Shown: positions 11,081-20,937 of the stretch, in pieces | Layout of the letters: every line of letters starts with the position of its first letter | How positions within the stretch are numbered: position 1 is the stretch's first letter | Translations under genes and position numbers: made by a program | The notes under the pieces: generated by a model | Database searches by the model: none | What the model saw: the letters and a program-made list of their open reading frames with translations, nothing else | What the model was told of the DNA's origin: nothing | Assembly (NCBI GenBank): GCA_030658975.1 | Contig: JAUSBL010000052.1 | Span: forward strand, 42,954 to 106,953 | Origin: Candidatus Latescibacterota bacterium | GTDB taxonomy: Bacteria; Krumholzibacteriota; Krumholzibacteriia; LZORAL124-64-63 | Direction: 5' to 3' | Length of the DNA: 64,000 bases

Positions 11081-13036
11081 GTGTGCGGTCTGGCAGGCAT
11101 CCTGACACGGAACCCCGGTCCCGACGACGAGGTCGGGCTGGAGCGGATGACCGCGACGCTCGCCCACCGCGGCCCCGACGGCTCCGGTCTCTGGCGGGAC
11201 GCCGAAGCGGGCATCCACCTGGGACACCGCCGTTTGGCCGTCATCGACCTCACCGAGGAGGGCCGCCAGCCGATGATCTCGGCCGGCGGCCGTTACGTGA
11301 TCGTCTTCAACGGCGAGATCTACAACCACCCGGAGCTGGGCCGCGAGCTCGCTGATCTCGGGCACGCCTTCCGCGGCACCTCGGACACCGAGATCCTGCT
11401 GGCGGCCATGGATCAGTGGGGGCTCGACGCGACGCTGGCCCGCTGCGTGGGGATGTTCGCCTTCGCCCTGTGGGACCGGCGCGAGCGCGTCCTCGCCCTG
11501 GCGCGCGACCGCCTCGGCGAGAAGCCGCTCTACTACGGCTGGACGGGTTCCTCATTCCTGTTCGGCTCGGAACTGAAGGCGCTGCGGGCGCATCCCGCCT
11601 GGCGCGGCGAGATCGACCGCGACGCCCTGGCCGGCTTCATGCGCTACAGCGCCGTGCCCGCGCCGGCTTCGATCTACCGCAACGTCCGCCGGCTGCTGCC
11701 CGGCTCGTACCTCACCGTCGACGAGAAGACGGCTCCCGGCACGCTCCCGGATCCCGTTATCTACTGGTCGGTCGGCGGGGCGACCGCCGCCGGCCGCGCC
11801 GCGCCGTTCGCGGGCGGGGAGCCCGAGGCCGCAGAGCAGCTGGACGACCTGCTGCGCCGCGCGATCCGGGGCCAGATGCTCGCCGACGTGCCGATCGGCT
11901 CCTTCCTGTCCGGCGGCATCGACTCCTCGGCGATCACCGCCATCATGCAGTCGCTGAGCCCGCGGCCCGTGCGCACGTTCTGCGTCGGCTACCAGGAGGC
12001 CGGCTATGACGAGTCGGCGTCGGCGACCGCCGTGGCCCGCCACCTCGGCACCGACCACCTCAACCTGATGGTGACGCCGCAGGAAGCCCGCGAGGTCATC
12101 CCCGACCTGCCGCGGATCTGGGACGAGCCCTTCGCCGACTCCTCGCAGATCCCGACCTACCTGGTGTCGCGCCTGACCCGCGCGCACGTCACCGTGGGCC
12201 TGACCGGCGACGGCGGCGACGAGGTCTTCGGCGGCTACAACCGCCACCTCTGGGGCCGACGGATCTGGCGCCGCATGTCGCGCTACCGGCTGCCCGTGCG
12301 CCGGGCGGCCGCCGCCGTCCTGGGCGGACCGTCGCCCCGCGCCTGGAACGCCCTGTTCAGCGCCGGCGGCACAGTGCTGCCGCCCTCGCTGCGGCTGCGC
12401 CTGCCGGGCGAGAAGATCCACAAGCTCGCCGGCGTCCTGGACGCCGACGGCTACCAGGACATGTACCAGCGGCTCATCGCGACCTGGCGCCACCCGGCCG
12501 AGGTCGTGATCGGCAGCCGCTTCGCGGACCTGCCGTCGATCATCCCGGCGGCCGACCCGGCCATGGACATCGCCGAGTACATGATGGTCAACGACATGCG
12601 GACCTACCTGGCGAACGACATCCTGGTGAAGCTCGACCGCGCGGGCATGGCCGTGAGCCTGGAGACCCGCACACCCTACCTCGACCATCGCGTGATCGAG
12701 TTCGCCCTGTCGCTGCCTTTGCCGATGAAGATCCGGGACGATGTCGGCAAGCGGATCCTGCGGCAGGTGCTGCACCGCTACGTGCCCGACGAACTCGTGA
12801 ACCGTCCCAAGATGGGCTTCGGGGTCCCCATCGACGACTGGCTGCGCGGTCCGCTGCGTCCCTGGGCCGAGGACCTGCTGTCGGAATCGCGATTGCGCGC
12901 CGATGGTTACCTCGACCCGGCCCCGATCCGCGCGCTGTGGCAGGAGCACCTCTCGCGTCGCAAGAACCGGCACCACTGCCTCTGGAACGTGCTGATGTTC
13001 CAGGCCTGGCTCGACCACTGGCACCGAAAGGCCTGA
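11081..13036 (+). CDS. asnB: Asparagine synthetase (glutamine-hydrolysing) family amidotransferase
   Basis: GTG start gives M-C-G-L-A-G-I (class II glutamine amidotransferase, Cys2 nucleophile). PP-loop SGGIDSS present. 651 aa. Divergent from the Wza gene. Confidence 0.9.
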   Translation: MCGLAGILTRNPGPDDEVGLERMTATLAHRGPDGSGLWRDAEAGIHLGHRRLAVIDLTEEGRQPMISAGGRYVIVFNGEIYNHPELGRELADLGHAFRGTSDTEILLAAMDQWGLDATLARCVGMFAFALWDRRERVLALARDRLGEKPLYYGWTGSSFLFGSELKALRAHPAWRGEIDRDALAGFMRYSAVPAPASIYRNVRRLLPGSYLTVDEKTAPGTLPDPVIYWSVGGATAAGRAAPFAGGEPEAAEQLDDLLRRAIRGQMLADVPIGSFLSGGIDSSAITAIMQSLSPRPVRTFCVGYQEAGYDESASATAVARHLGTDHLNLMVTPQEAREVIPDLPRIWDEPFADSSQIPTYLVSRLTRAHVTVGLTGDGGDEVFGGYNRHLWGRRIWRRMSRYRLPVRRAAAAVLGGPSPRAWNALFSAGGTVLPPSLRLRLPGEKIHKLAGVLDADGYQDMYQRLIATWRHPAEVVIGSRFADLPSIIPAADPAMDIAEYMMVNDMRTYLANDILVKLDRAGMAVSLETRTPYLDHRVIEFALSLPLPMKIRDDVGKRILRQVLHRYVPDELVNRPKMGFGVPIDDWLRGPLRPWAEDLLSESRLRADGYLDPAPIRALWQEHLSRRKNRHHCLWNVLMFQAWLDHWHRKA

Positions 13037-13042
13037 CGAGCG

Positions 13043-14101
13043 ATGCACCCCGTCCTACCCGCGCTCCTGCTTTCAGCAGCGGCCGGCCTCGTGTTCACGC
13101 CGTGGCTCGTCGGCCAGTTGCGACGCGCCAGCGTGATGGACGTCCCCAACGAGCGCAGCAGCCACGCGCGGCCGGTGCCGGTCGGCGGCGGCATCGGCAT
13201 CCTGGTCCCCTGGCTGCTGGGCATGGGCGTCGCCGCCGTTGCGGGCGTGTTCCCCGCTCCCGGATTCCCGGCGGCGCTGGTCGCGGGTGCGATCGTCCTG
13301 GCCGTGCTCGGCTTCGCGGACGATCTGCGGGGCTTGCCGCCCCTGCAGCGGCTGGCGGTCGAGTCGGTGGTGGCGGCGGTCTGCCTGAAAGCCGGCGGAT
13401 TGCCGGTCGTCACGATCGCGTTGCCTGGCCTCGCCCCGGTGGCCGCCGGCGCGTTCGGCTGGTTCGTGGCTTGGGTGTTCGTCGTGGGCTTCACGAACAT
13501 GTTCAACTTCATGGACGGCATCGACGGTCTGGCGGGCTTCCAGGCCCTGCTGGGCGCCGGCGCGCTGGCGATCTGGGCGGCGCTGGCCGGCGATACCACC
13601 CTGGCGGTCTCGGCGGCCCTGCTCGCCGGCGCCGCGGTGGGCTTCCTGCGGGCGAACTACCCGCGGGCGCGGGTCTTCATGGGCGATGTCGGCAGCCTGC
13701 CGCTGGGCTTCCTGCTGGCCATGGGCGTGCTGCGGGTCCACGCGGGCGCCGACCGCACGGGCCCCACGCCGCTGTGGCTGCCGCTGCTGTTCATCTGGCC
13801 CTTCCTGAGCGACGCGACCTACACGCTGTTCAACCGCGCCATCCACGGGCGCAACCCGTTCCGCCCGCACCGCAGCCACGTCTACCAGCGGCTGGTGGTC
13901 GCGGGGCAGAGCCACGCGCGCGTCACGCTGCTCTACGCGGCGGCCATGGCCGTCTGCATCGCGGCCGCCTTCGCCTGCCGGGCGAACCCCGGTCTCGGCC
14001 CGTTCGTGTTCTGGGGAATCGCCGCGTTGACGCTGGTGCTGTTCGTCGCGATCGTCAGCAGGGTGCGGGCCGCCACGACGCGACGCGCCGACGACAGCTG
14101 A
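13043..14101 (+). CDS. Polyprenyl-phosphate N-acetylhexosamine-1-phosphate transferase (WecA/MraY family, Glycos_transf_4)
   Basis: FTNMFNFMDGIDGLAG and MGDVGSLPLGF motifs of MraY/WecA. About 10 TM. Starts 6 nt after asnB. Confidence 0.85.
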   Translation: MHPVLPALLLSAAAGLVFTPWLVGQLRRASVMDVPNERSSHARPVPVGGGIGILVPWLLGMGVAAVAGVFPAPGFPAALVAGAIVLAVLGFADDLRGLPPLQRLAVESVVAAVCLKAGGLPVVTIALPGLAPVAAGAFGWFVAWVFVVGFTNMFNFMDGIDGLAGFQALLGAGALAIWAALAGDTTLAVSAALLAGAAVGFLRANYPRARVFMGDVGSLPLGFLLAMGVLRVHAGADRTGPTPLWLPLLFIWPFLSDATYTLFNRAIHGRNPFRPHRSHVYQRLVVAGQSHARVTLLYAAAMAVCIAAAFACRANPGLGPFVFWGIAALTLVLFVAIVSRVRAATTRRADDS

Positions 14102-14102
14102 A

Positions 14103-15092
14103 CTAGCCGATCTGCGGGCGGCCGCCCGTGTCCCGATACCACCGGCCCATCCTCGCCAACCCCTCGGCCGCCGTCACCGGCGGCGTCCAGCCCAGGACCT
14201 CGCGCACCGTCGTGGAATCGACCTGCAGCGAACCGGTGAGTCGGTCCAGGGCCGCGCTCCGGCCGAGCGGCGACGCCAGGGTGCGCAGCAGGCCGTGAGG
14301 CGCCGGCACCAGGAGCGCCGGTCGGCCCAGGCCCGCCGCGAGGGCGCGGATCAGTTGCGCGGTCGAGAGATCCTCGCCGTCGCCGGCTGTGAAGGTCCGG
14401 CCCGCCGCCGCCGGATGCGCGGCGCACAGAGCCAGCAGATCCGCCAGGTTGTCCGCCGCGATCAGGGTGCGCCGGTTGCGCACGCCGGCGAAGGGCAGGG
14501 GAACGCCGCGATTCACCAACCTCAACAGCCGCAACAGGTTGCCGCCGACGCCGGGTCCGTGCACCAGGGGCGGCCGCACCGCGACCGTCTCCAGTCCCGC
14601 GCCCGCGCCCACCGCGGCCAGGACCTGTTCGGCCTCCCATTTCGAGACGCCGTAGGCGTCGCGCGGATCGGGCGCGTCGCGCTCGCAGAACGGCGCGCGG
14701 CCGGTCGTGCTCTCGCCGTTCACCTTGATGGAGCTGACGAAGACCAGGCGCCGCACGCCGCTCGCGACCGCCGCCTCCGCCAGCCTTCGCGTGCCGCGGA
14801 CGTTGACCTCGCGGAACGCCTCCAGCGGATCGGCGGCCTTCTCGTCCATGACGTGGACGCGAGCGGCCAGGTGGATCACGGCCTCGGCCCCGGCCAGGGC
14901 CGCGGACCAGTCCGTCGCCGGCCCGATGTCGCCGACGACGACCGGCGGCAGCGTCCCGCGGATCAGCTCGCGGGCTCGCACTGCGCAGGCTTCGTCGCGC
15001 GCCGCCGGCCGCACCTCGCAGCCGCGGGCGCGCAGGGCGCGGCAGACGTGCCTGCCGACGAATCCGTCGGCCCCGGTGACCGCGACGAGCAT
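14103..15092 (-). CDS. NAD-dependent epimerase/dehydratase (SDR; UDP-sugar epimerase-like)
   Basis: MLVAVTGADGFVGRHV Rossmann GxxGxxG, 329 aa. Stop only 1 nt from convergent WecA-like stop. Confidence 0.8.
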   Translation of the reverse strand: MLVAVTGADGFVGRHVCRALRARGCEVRPAARDEACAVRARELIRGTLPPVVVGDIGPATDWSAALAGAEAVIHLAARVHVMDEKAADPLEAFREVNVRGTRRLAEAAVASGVRRLVFVSSIKVNGESTTGRAPFCERDAPDPRDAYGVSKWEAEQVLAAVGAGAGLETVAVRPPLVHGPGVGGNLLRLLRLVNRGVPLPFAGVRNRRTLIAADNLADLLALCAAHPAAAGRTFTAGDGEDLSTAQLIRALAAGLGRPALLVPAPHGLLRTLASPLGRSAALDRLTGSLQVDSTTVREVLGWTPPVTAAEGLARMGRWYRDTGGRPQIG

Positions 15093-16240
15093 CAGGCGTC
15101 CTTCCCGAGCAGTTCGGCGTAGAGCGCCATGGTGGCCGCGACGACGATCTCCTCGGCGAACTCGTCCACCGCCAGGCGGCGCGAGGCGGCGCCCATGGCG
15201 CGGCGCAGCGCGGGGTCGTCGGCCAGGCGCTCGATCGCCGCCGCGATCGGCGCCGCGCTGCGCGCCGGCACGAGCAGCCCGTTCACGCCGTCGCGGCAGA
15301 TCTCGCGGCAGCCCGGCACGTCGGCGGCGACGATCGGCAGGCCGCAGGCCGCCGCCTCGAGCAGCGATTTAGGCAACCCCTCGCGGTAGGAAGGCAACAG
15401 CGCGACGTGGCACGAGCGCAGCAGGGCCGTCACGTCCTGCACGTGGCCGAGCACCTCCACGACGCCCTCGGCCGCCCAGGCGTCCAGCTGCTCCTGCGCG
15501 ATGGCGGCGGGATTCTCGGGGTCGCCGCGCCCGGCCAGCAAAATCCTGATGTCGTCGCGACGTGCGCGCAGCAGGCGGGCCGCGGCGACGGTCTCGTGGA
15601 TCCCCTTGTCGGCCAGCATGCGCGCCACGAGCACGACCCGCAGCGGCCCCGCGGGTTCCGTCGCCGCGGGAGTGAGGGCGCTCACGTCGACGCCCGCGCC
15701 GCGGATCGTCGCCACCGCTGCGGCGGGCACGCCGATGCGGTCGCGGAAGAAGGCCGCGTCGTCGGCGTTCTGGACGATCAGCCGCGTGCGCCGGCCGCGC
15801 AGCAGGACACGCAGGGCCAGGGTGATGGGGCCGCTCAGCAGGCGCGCCTTCGCGCTCGACGACGTGAAGACGAAACCCAGGCCTGCCATCGCGTTCACGA
15901 CGCAGGGCACGCGGGCCGCGCGGGCCGCGAGCGTGCCGAAGATCACGGACTTGGGCGTGACGTGGTGGACGAGGTCGGGACGCAGGCGGCGGTAGACGCC
16001 GATCAGCTCACGCAGTCCCGCGAGTTCCTGGAGCGGGCCGCGGAAGCCGCGCCGCTGCTTGATGGGGACGAGCTCGGCGCCCGTCGCCAGGATGGGCCCG
16101 GCGTGATCGGCCACCCGCGTCGCGACGATGACCTCGTGGCCCGCCGCCGCCGCTCCCCGCAGCAGCGGCAGGCGGTGCGAGCAGACGTACCAGTCCTCAG
16201 GGATGAGGAAGAGGATCCGCGCGCGCCTCGGCTCACTCAT
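15092..16240 (-). CDS. Glycosyltransferase family 4
   Basis: ORF 15092..16393 trimmed to ATG 16240 (MSEPRRARILFLIPEDW...). EGLPKSLLEAAACGLPIVAADVPGCREI GT4 motif. TGATG overlap with epimerase start. Confidence 0.85.
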   Translation of the reverse strand: MSEPRRARILFLIPEDWYVCSHRLPLLRGAAAAGHEVIVATRVADHAGPILATGAELVPIKQRRGFRGPLQELAGLRELIGVYRRLRPDLVHHVTPKSVIFGTLAARAARVPCVVNAMAGLGFVFTSSSAKARLLSGPITLALRVLLRGRRTRLIVQNADDAAFFRDRIGVPAAAVATIRGAGVDVSALTPAATEPAGPLRVVLVARMLADKGIHETVAAARLLRARRDDIRILLAGRGDPENPAAIAQEQLDAWAAEGVVEVLGHVQDVTALLRSCHVALLPSYREGLPKSLLEAAACGLPIVAADVPGCREICRDGVNGLLVPARSAAPIAAAIERLADDPALRRAMGAASRRLAVDEFAEEIVVAATMALYAELLGKDA

Positions 16241-17426
16241 GCACACCACCGTGTCGGCCACCGCCGGGACGACCACCGCCGGCCATGGCTTCGCGGCACA
16301 GTTCCTCCCAGCGGTCGAGCACCGCCTCGACGCCGTGACGGCGCCGCATCCGCGCCCGCGCGCGTTCACCCATGGTCCGCCGCGCCGCCGCATCCAGTCC
16401 CATCACCTGCGCCATGGCCCCCGCGAGCGCCGCGGCGTCGCGGGCCGGGACCATGAGGCCGCAGTCGCCCTCGCCCAGCAGCTCGGCCATGCCGCCGACG
16501 TTCGTGGCGACGATGGGCAGGGCCGCCGCCATGGCCTCGATGACCGTGTTGGGCATGCCCTCGATGACCGACGACAGCACGTACGCGTCGCACGCCTGCA
16601 GGAGATCCATGACGTCCGTGCGCTTGCCGAGCACCCGGATGCGGTCCGCGGCCGGGCTGGTCCGCGCCAGTTCCCGGACCTCGGCGTCCAGCGAGCCGTA
16701 GCCGACCAGCACCAGCTTCGCCTCCGGATGCCGGGCCGCCAGTTCGCCGAAGGCCGCGAACAGGTTCGGGTAGTCCTTCTGGCTCTCGAAACGGCCGACC
16801 GCCAACCAGAGCAGATCCTGCTCCCCGCCGCCCATCTCGGCGCGCAGCGCCGCGCGCCGCGCCGGCCCGATCGTCTCGCCGGGGACGAGGGCCGCGTTGA
16901 GCACCACGCGCAGCCGCTCCCGCGGCACGATGCCGCGCCGCACGAGGCTCTCCCCGACGAGTTCCGAATTCGTGGAGGTGATGGGCGCTAGGGGCGCCGT
17001 CGCGGCCTCGAGACGCTCCCGCAGGCGGCCGCCGAAAAACTCCGTGCCGATCGACGGCACGATCGCCTTCACGCCGGCGAGGCGGCCCACGATCTTGGCC
17101 AGCACGTTGGCGTGGTAGTTGAACGCGACCAGGACACCAGGCCGGTGCCGGCGCAGCTCGCGGTAGAGGCGGACGACGGCGGACGGCAGCGTCGCCCATC
17201 CCCGCAGCCCGAGGTCGAGCACGGGGATGCCGGCCGCGGCGAGTTCGCGGCCGAAGGCGCGCGGCGGCAGCAGCGACAGCATGCGCACGCGCCGGCCGCG
17301 CTCCGCGAGCCCCATCGCCATGCGGACCGCCTGGACCTCGGCGCCGCCGAGGTCGAGGTTCGTGATCAGCACGGTGACGGACCGCTGCGGTCGCCGGTTG
17401 TCCTCAACGCCTGCCACGGGCCACAT
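16233..17426 (-). CDS. Glycosyltransferase family 4
   Basis: VTVLITNLDLGGAEVQAVRMA N-terminus and IEGMPNTVIEAMAAALPIVATNVGGMAELL GT4 motif. Confidence 0.85.
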   Translation of the reverse strand: MWPVAGVEDNRRPQRSVTVLITNLDLGGAEVQAVRMAMGLAERGRRVRMLSLLPPRAFGRELAAAGIPVLDLGLRGWATLPSAVVRLYRELRRHRPGVLVAFNYHANVLAKIVGRLAGVKAIVPSIGTEFFGGRLRERLEAATAPLAPITSTNSELVGESLVRRGIVPRERLRVVLNAALVPGETIGPARRAALRAEMGGGEQDLLWLAVGRFESQKDYPNLFAAFGELAARHPEAKLVLVGYGSLDAEVRELARTSPAADRIRVLGKRTDVMDLLQACDAYVLSSVIEGMPNTVIEAMAAALPIVATNVGGMAELLGEGDCGLMVPARDAAALAGAMAQVMGLDAAARRTMGERARARMRRRHGVEAVLDRWEELCREAMAGGGRPGGGRHGGVHE

Positions 17427-18450
17427 CCTCCAGCAGTCCGGCCAGCCGCGGCGCCAGCGCGGCCACGCTGTAGCCGGCCGTCACCAGATCGGTTCCGGCG
17501 CGCCCCATGCGCCGCCTGAGTGCCGCATCGTCGACTAGGGTGATCAGGGCGTCGGCCCACGCCTCGTCCGTCGCCGCCCCGTAACCCACCTCGGCCTGGG
17601 CGAGGACCTGCGCGTTCATGCCCACGGGCGACACCACGACCGGCGCGCCGCAGGCGAGGTAGAGCAGCATCTTGTACGAACACTTGCCCCGCGTCCAGTC
17701 GTCGTCGGTCAGCGGCATGAGACCCACGTCCAGGCGCTGGAAGAAGCCGACCTCCGTCGCGGGCCGCCAGGGTTCGTAATCGACGCGATCGGCCGGCACG
17801 ACGACGAAGCGCGGCGGGGCGTCGGAACAGACGGCCAGACGGCAGCGCGGGCGCTCCCGCAGCACGCGCGCCAGCGCCCCCTCGATCCCCGTCAGAAACG
17901 CCAGGTTCGACGAGGTGCCGCTCCACCCGATGACGACAGGCCCGTCATCGTCCGCGGCGCCGGCGACTTCGCGGGGCCGGAAGCGATCCGTGTCGACGGC
18001 GGTCGGCAGCACCTCCACGCGCCGGGCGTGGGGCGCGAACCAGTCGGCGACATGGTCGTTGCCCGCGATCACCAGCTCGCACGCGCGCGCGATCCGGGCC
18101 GCGAAACCGCCGCCCCGCCGCATCCAGATGGCGTCGTCCACGTCGAGCACCCGCGGCCGGCGCGTGAGCCCCTCCAGGGTGGCCAGGGTGGAGACCAGTT
18201 CGCGCTGCAGCAGGGTCACGTCCGCCGTCCAGGTCGCCGCCAGCGACGGCAGGCGGGCGGCCGCCGTGGCCGGCAGCCAGAGCGGGCGCAGGACCGGGCT
18301 GCGCGGCGGGTAGTTGGAGATCGGCGCCGGCAGCCAGCGCAGGTCCACTCCCAGCGCGCGCAGCGGCGCGACGAACTGCCCGACCCGGAAGCGCGCGCTC
18401 GGCACGCGGACGTCGCCGGTCAGGGCCGACACGCGCAGCGGGTCACGCAC
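17404..18450 (-). CDS. Glycosyltransferase (GT-B fold, family uncertain)
   Basis: 348 aa, position and size consistent with a GT. Weaker motif match. Confidence 0.55.
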   Translation of the reverse strand: MRDPLRVSALTGDVRVPSARFRVGQFVAPLRALGVDLRWLPAPISNYPPRSPVLRPLWLPATAAARLPSLAATWTADVTLLQRELVSTLATLEGLTRRPRVLDVDDAIWMRRGGGFAARIARACELVIAGNDHVADWFAPHARRVEVLPTAVDTDRFRPREVAGAADDDGPVVIGWSGTSSNLAFLTGIEGALARVLRERPRCRLAVCSDAPPRFVVVPADRVDYEPWRPATEVGFFQRLDVGLMPLTDDDWTRGKCSYKMLLYLACGAPVVVSPVGMNAQVLAQAEVGYGAATDEAWADALITLVDDAALRRRMGRAGTDLVTAGYSVAALAPRLAGLLEDVARGRR

Positions 18451-19683
18451 GGCGCCTCCGATCGACGAAGACGCCGCCGCGCAGCGCGAAGAAACCCAGG
18501 CCGTAGGCGTAGGTCATCATCAGCACGAAGTTGAAGGTGTAGAAGTACGCGAACTGGGACATGAACACGCCGTAGCCGACAAGCGCGTAGACCAGCAGGT
18601 GGCCCCAGTACGCCGCCGTGCGCGCCCGGACATACGCGAGCGTGGAGACGAAGCCGAGCAGCGCGCTCATCAGGAGCGCCGCCCAGGGGCCGGCGTCCCA
18701 GTAGACTTCGCCCACGAACGAGTAGACGTTGAACTCCGTGACCCCGATGTTCGCGAACGGGAGCGGCGTGGGCAGGGCGGGCGCCGCCCCCAGGGCGCTC
18801 AGCAGCTTCCAACCGGGCTGCAGCAGGACGTGACCGGGGCGCGGCGGCGGCTCCACGTCTCCGGCCGCGACTGCCGAAAGCGCGGGCCAGCTGCCGACGA
18901 TGTAGAGATACGGCCGCTGCAGGGGAGCGACCATGCCCGCCCCGCCCTCGGCGTCGTAGCCCTCCTGGCTGTAGATGTCGATCTTCTGGGTGTAGATCAC
19001 AAAGAAGCCCAGCAGCACCGCCAGCACCACCAGCATGTGCCCGGCCCGGAAGCGGTCCGGACGGCACACGCTCCAGGCCAGGATCGCCGCCACGACGCTG
19101 ATCGTGATGTACGCCTTGATGCCGGCGAGCAGCAGCCCGAGCAGGCACGCGACGAGGATCACCTCGTCCAGGCGGCGGCGCGCGCCGAAAGCCCGTTTGA
19201 TCACGTAGGTCGGCGCGACCAGGATGCCGATCAGGTTCAGGTTGCCGATGAACTGCATCTGGAACTCGTCCTGCAATCTCCAGATGCTGGCGAGCAGGCC
19301 GCCCAGGCCATGGCGGGACACGAGGATCGCCAGCGCCAGCCCCCAGCCCAGGGTCGCGATCGCCGCCGTGATGTAGTAGAAGGCCGCGAGGTGCGCCACG
19401 TCGCGCCGGCGGGTCGCCGCATCGGCGAAGCGGACCGACCGGCCGCCGACCGCGCCGAGCGCCCCGACGGCGAACATGGCGATCGACCCCAACGCCAGCG
19501 TGTAGGTCTCGCCCGAGAGCCGGATCAGATCCAGGATCCGCAGATGGTACAGCGCCAGCGACCCGCAGTTCACACCCGTGTAGATGCTCAGCGGCGTGAA
19601 CCAGTGTCCGAAGAACTGCCGCGAGGCGGCCAGCCCCACCAGCGAGACGGCGGCGAAGGCCAGGATCCAGAGCGCGTCAAACA
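18443..19683 (-). CDS. Wzy-like oligosaccharide repeat-unit polymerase, paralog 1
   Basis: ORF trimmed to ATG 19683 (MFDALWILAFAAVSLVGLAASRQFFGHWFTPLSIYTGVN...), GGAGG SD 5 nt upstream. About 10-12 TM. Paralogous to next gene. Confidence 0.6.
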
Positions 19684-20937
19684 TGGCGCCTCCGGTCGAC
19701 GAGGACGCCCCCGCGCAGCAGCACGAACCCGATGGCATAGACGTAGAGCAGCTGGACGATCAGGTTGAACCGGTAGTAGTACATGAACGGCGACAGGAAG
19801 ATCCCGTAGCCGAACAGCGCATACACCAGCACATTCCCCCAGTACGGCGCCGTCAGCGCCCGCAGATGCAGCCTCGCCGAGACGAATCCGTACACGAGGC
19901 TGGCGAATAGGGCGCCGGTCCAATCCCAATCCCAGTACATCTCGCCGACGAACGCGTACACGTTGAATTCCGTGATCCCGATATTCGTGAACGGCAGCGC
20001 GAGCGGCAGCGGCTCCACGAGATGCAGACCGTCGCCGAGGATCTTCCACAACGCATCGAAGGTGATCGAACCGGGCTTGGGCAAGGAGTTCATCTCGCCC
20101 GCCACCAGGGATTCCGTTGCCGGCCAACTCCCCACGAAATAGATATAGGGGCGGTCCAGGATCGATAGGCTCGATCCCGCATGCGCCTCGTCGACCGCTT
20201 CCGGCTCGAACACGTCGATGTGACGGTTGTAGACCAGGAAGAAGCCCAGCAGGATCAGCACGCCGAGGACCAGGTTCTGGGGGCGGAAGCGCCCGGGGCG
20301 GCAGATCCCCCAGGCCAACAGCGCACCGATGACCGAGACCATGATATAGGTCTTGATCCCGGCCAACAGCAGGCCCACCACCGTCAAGCCGGCCAGGAAC
20401 GCATCCCTGGGACGCGCCCGCCCCAGCCCGTGCTTGATGGCGTAGGTCGGCAACACCACGATCCCGATCATGTTGAGGTAGCCGATGAACTGCATCTGGA
20501 ACTCGAGCTGCAGCACCCAGATGTTCTGCAGCAACCCGACCAGGCCGTAGCGTCCCACGAGGATCGTCGCCGACAGCATCCAGCCGAAGGTCGCCAACAC
20601 GGCCGTCACATTGAAAAACGTGTCGAGATGGCGGGCATCGCGGATCCGGGCGTAGGCCGGCCGCAAGTCCGGCGAGCGCCCCCCGATCGCCAGCAACGCT
20701 CCGATCTGGAACAGCGCCATCGAAGACAGAAGCAGCAGGTGCGTCGTCAGGGAGACGTCGTTCAGCGGCACGAGCCTCAGGTGGTAGAACGCCATCGAAA
20801 GCGAGTTCATGCCGAGATACATGCTCGCCGGCGTGAGCCACTGGCCGTACACGTGCATCGAGAACGCAATCGACGCGGCTGCGATCAGCAGGAAGAAAGC
20901 CAGCCAGAAAGCGTCGCCTGCGCTCACGCAGTTCCTC
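19677..20937 (-). CDS. Wzy-like oligosaccharide repeat-unit polymerase, paralog 2
   Basis: Extracted from 818-aa ORF artefact. GTG at 20937 preceded by GGGAGGAA SD. N-terminus DAFWLAFFLLIAAASIAFSMHVYGQWLTPASMYLGMN aligns residue-for-residue with paralog 1. Confidence 0.6.

Noticed and set aside
11552-13048. 498-aa minus-strand ORF antisense to asnB. Also 13073..13915, 13933..14640, 12907..13599
   Set aside because: Low-complexity R/A/G/P-rich products. asnB and the WecA-like frames carry diagnostic motifs (Cys2, SGGIDSS; NxxNxxDGIDGL).
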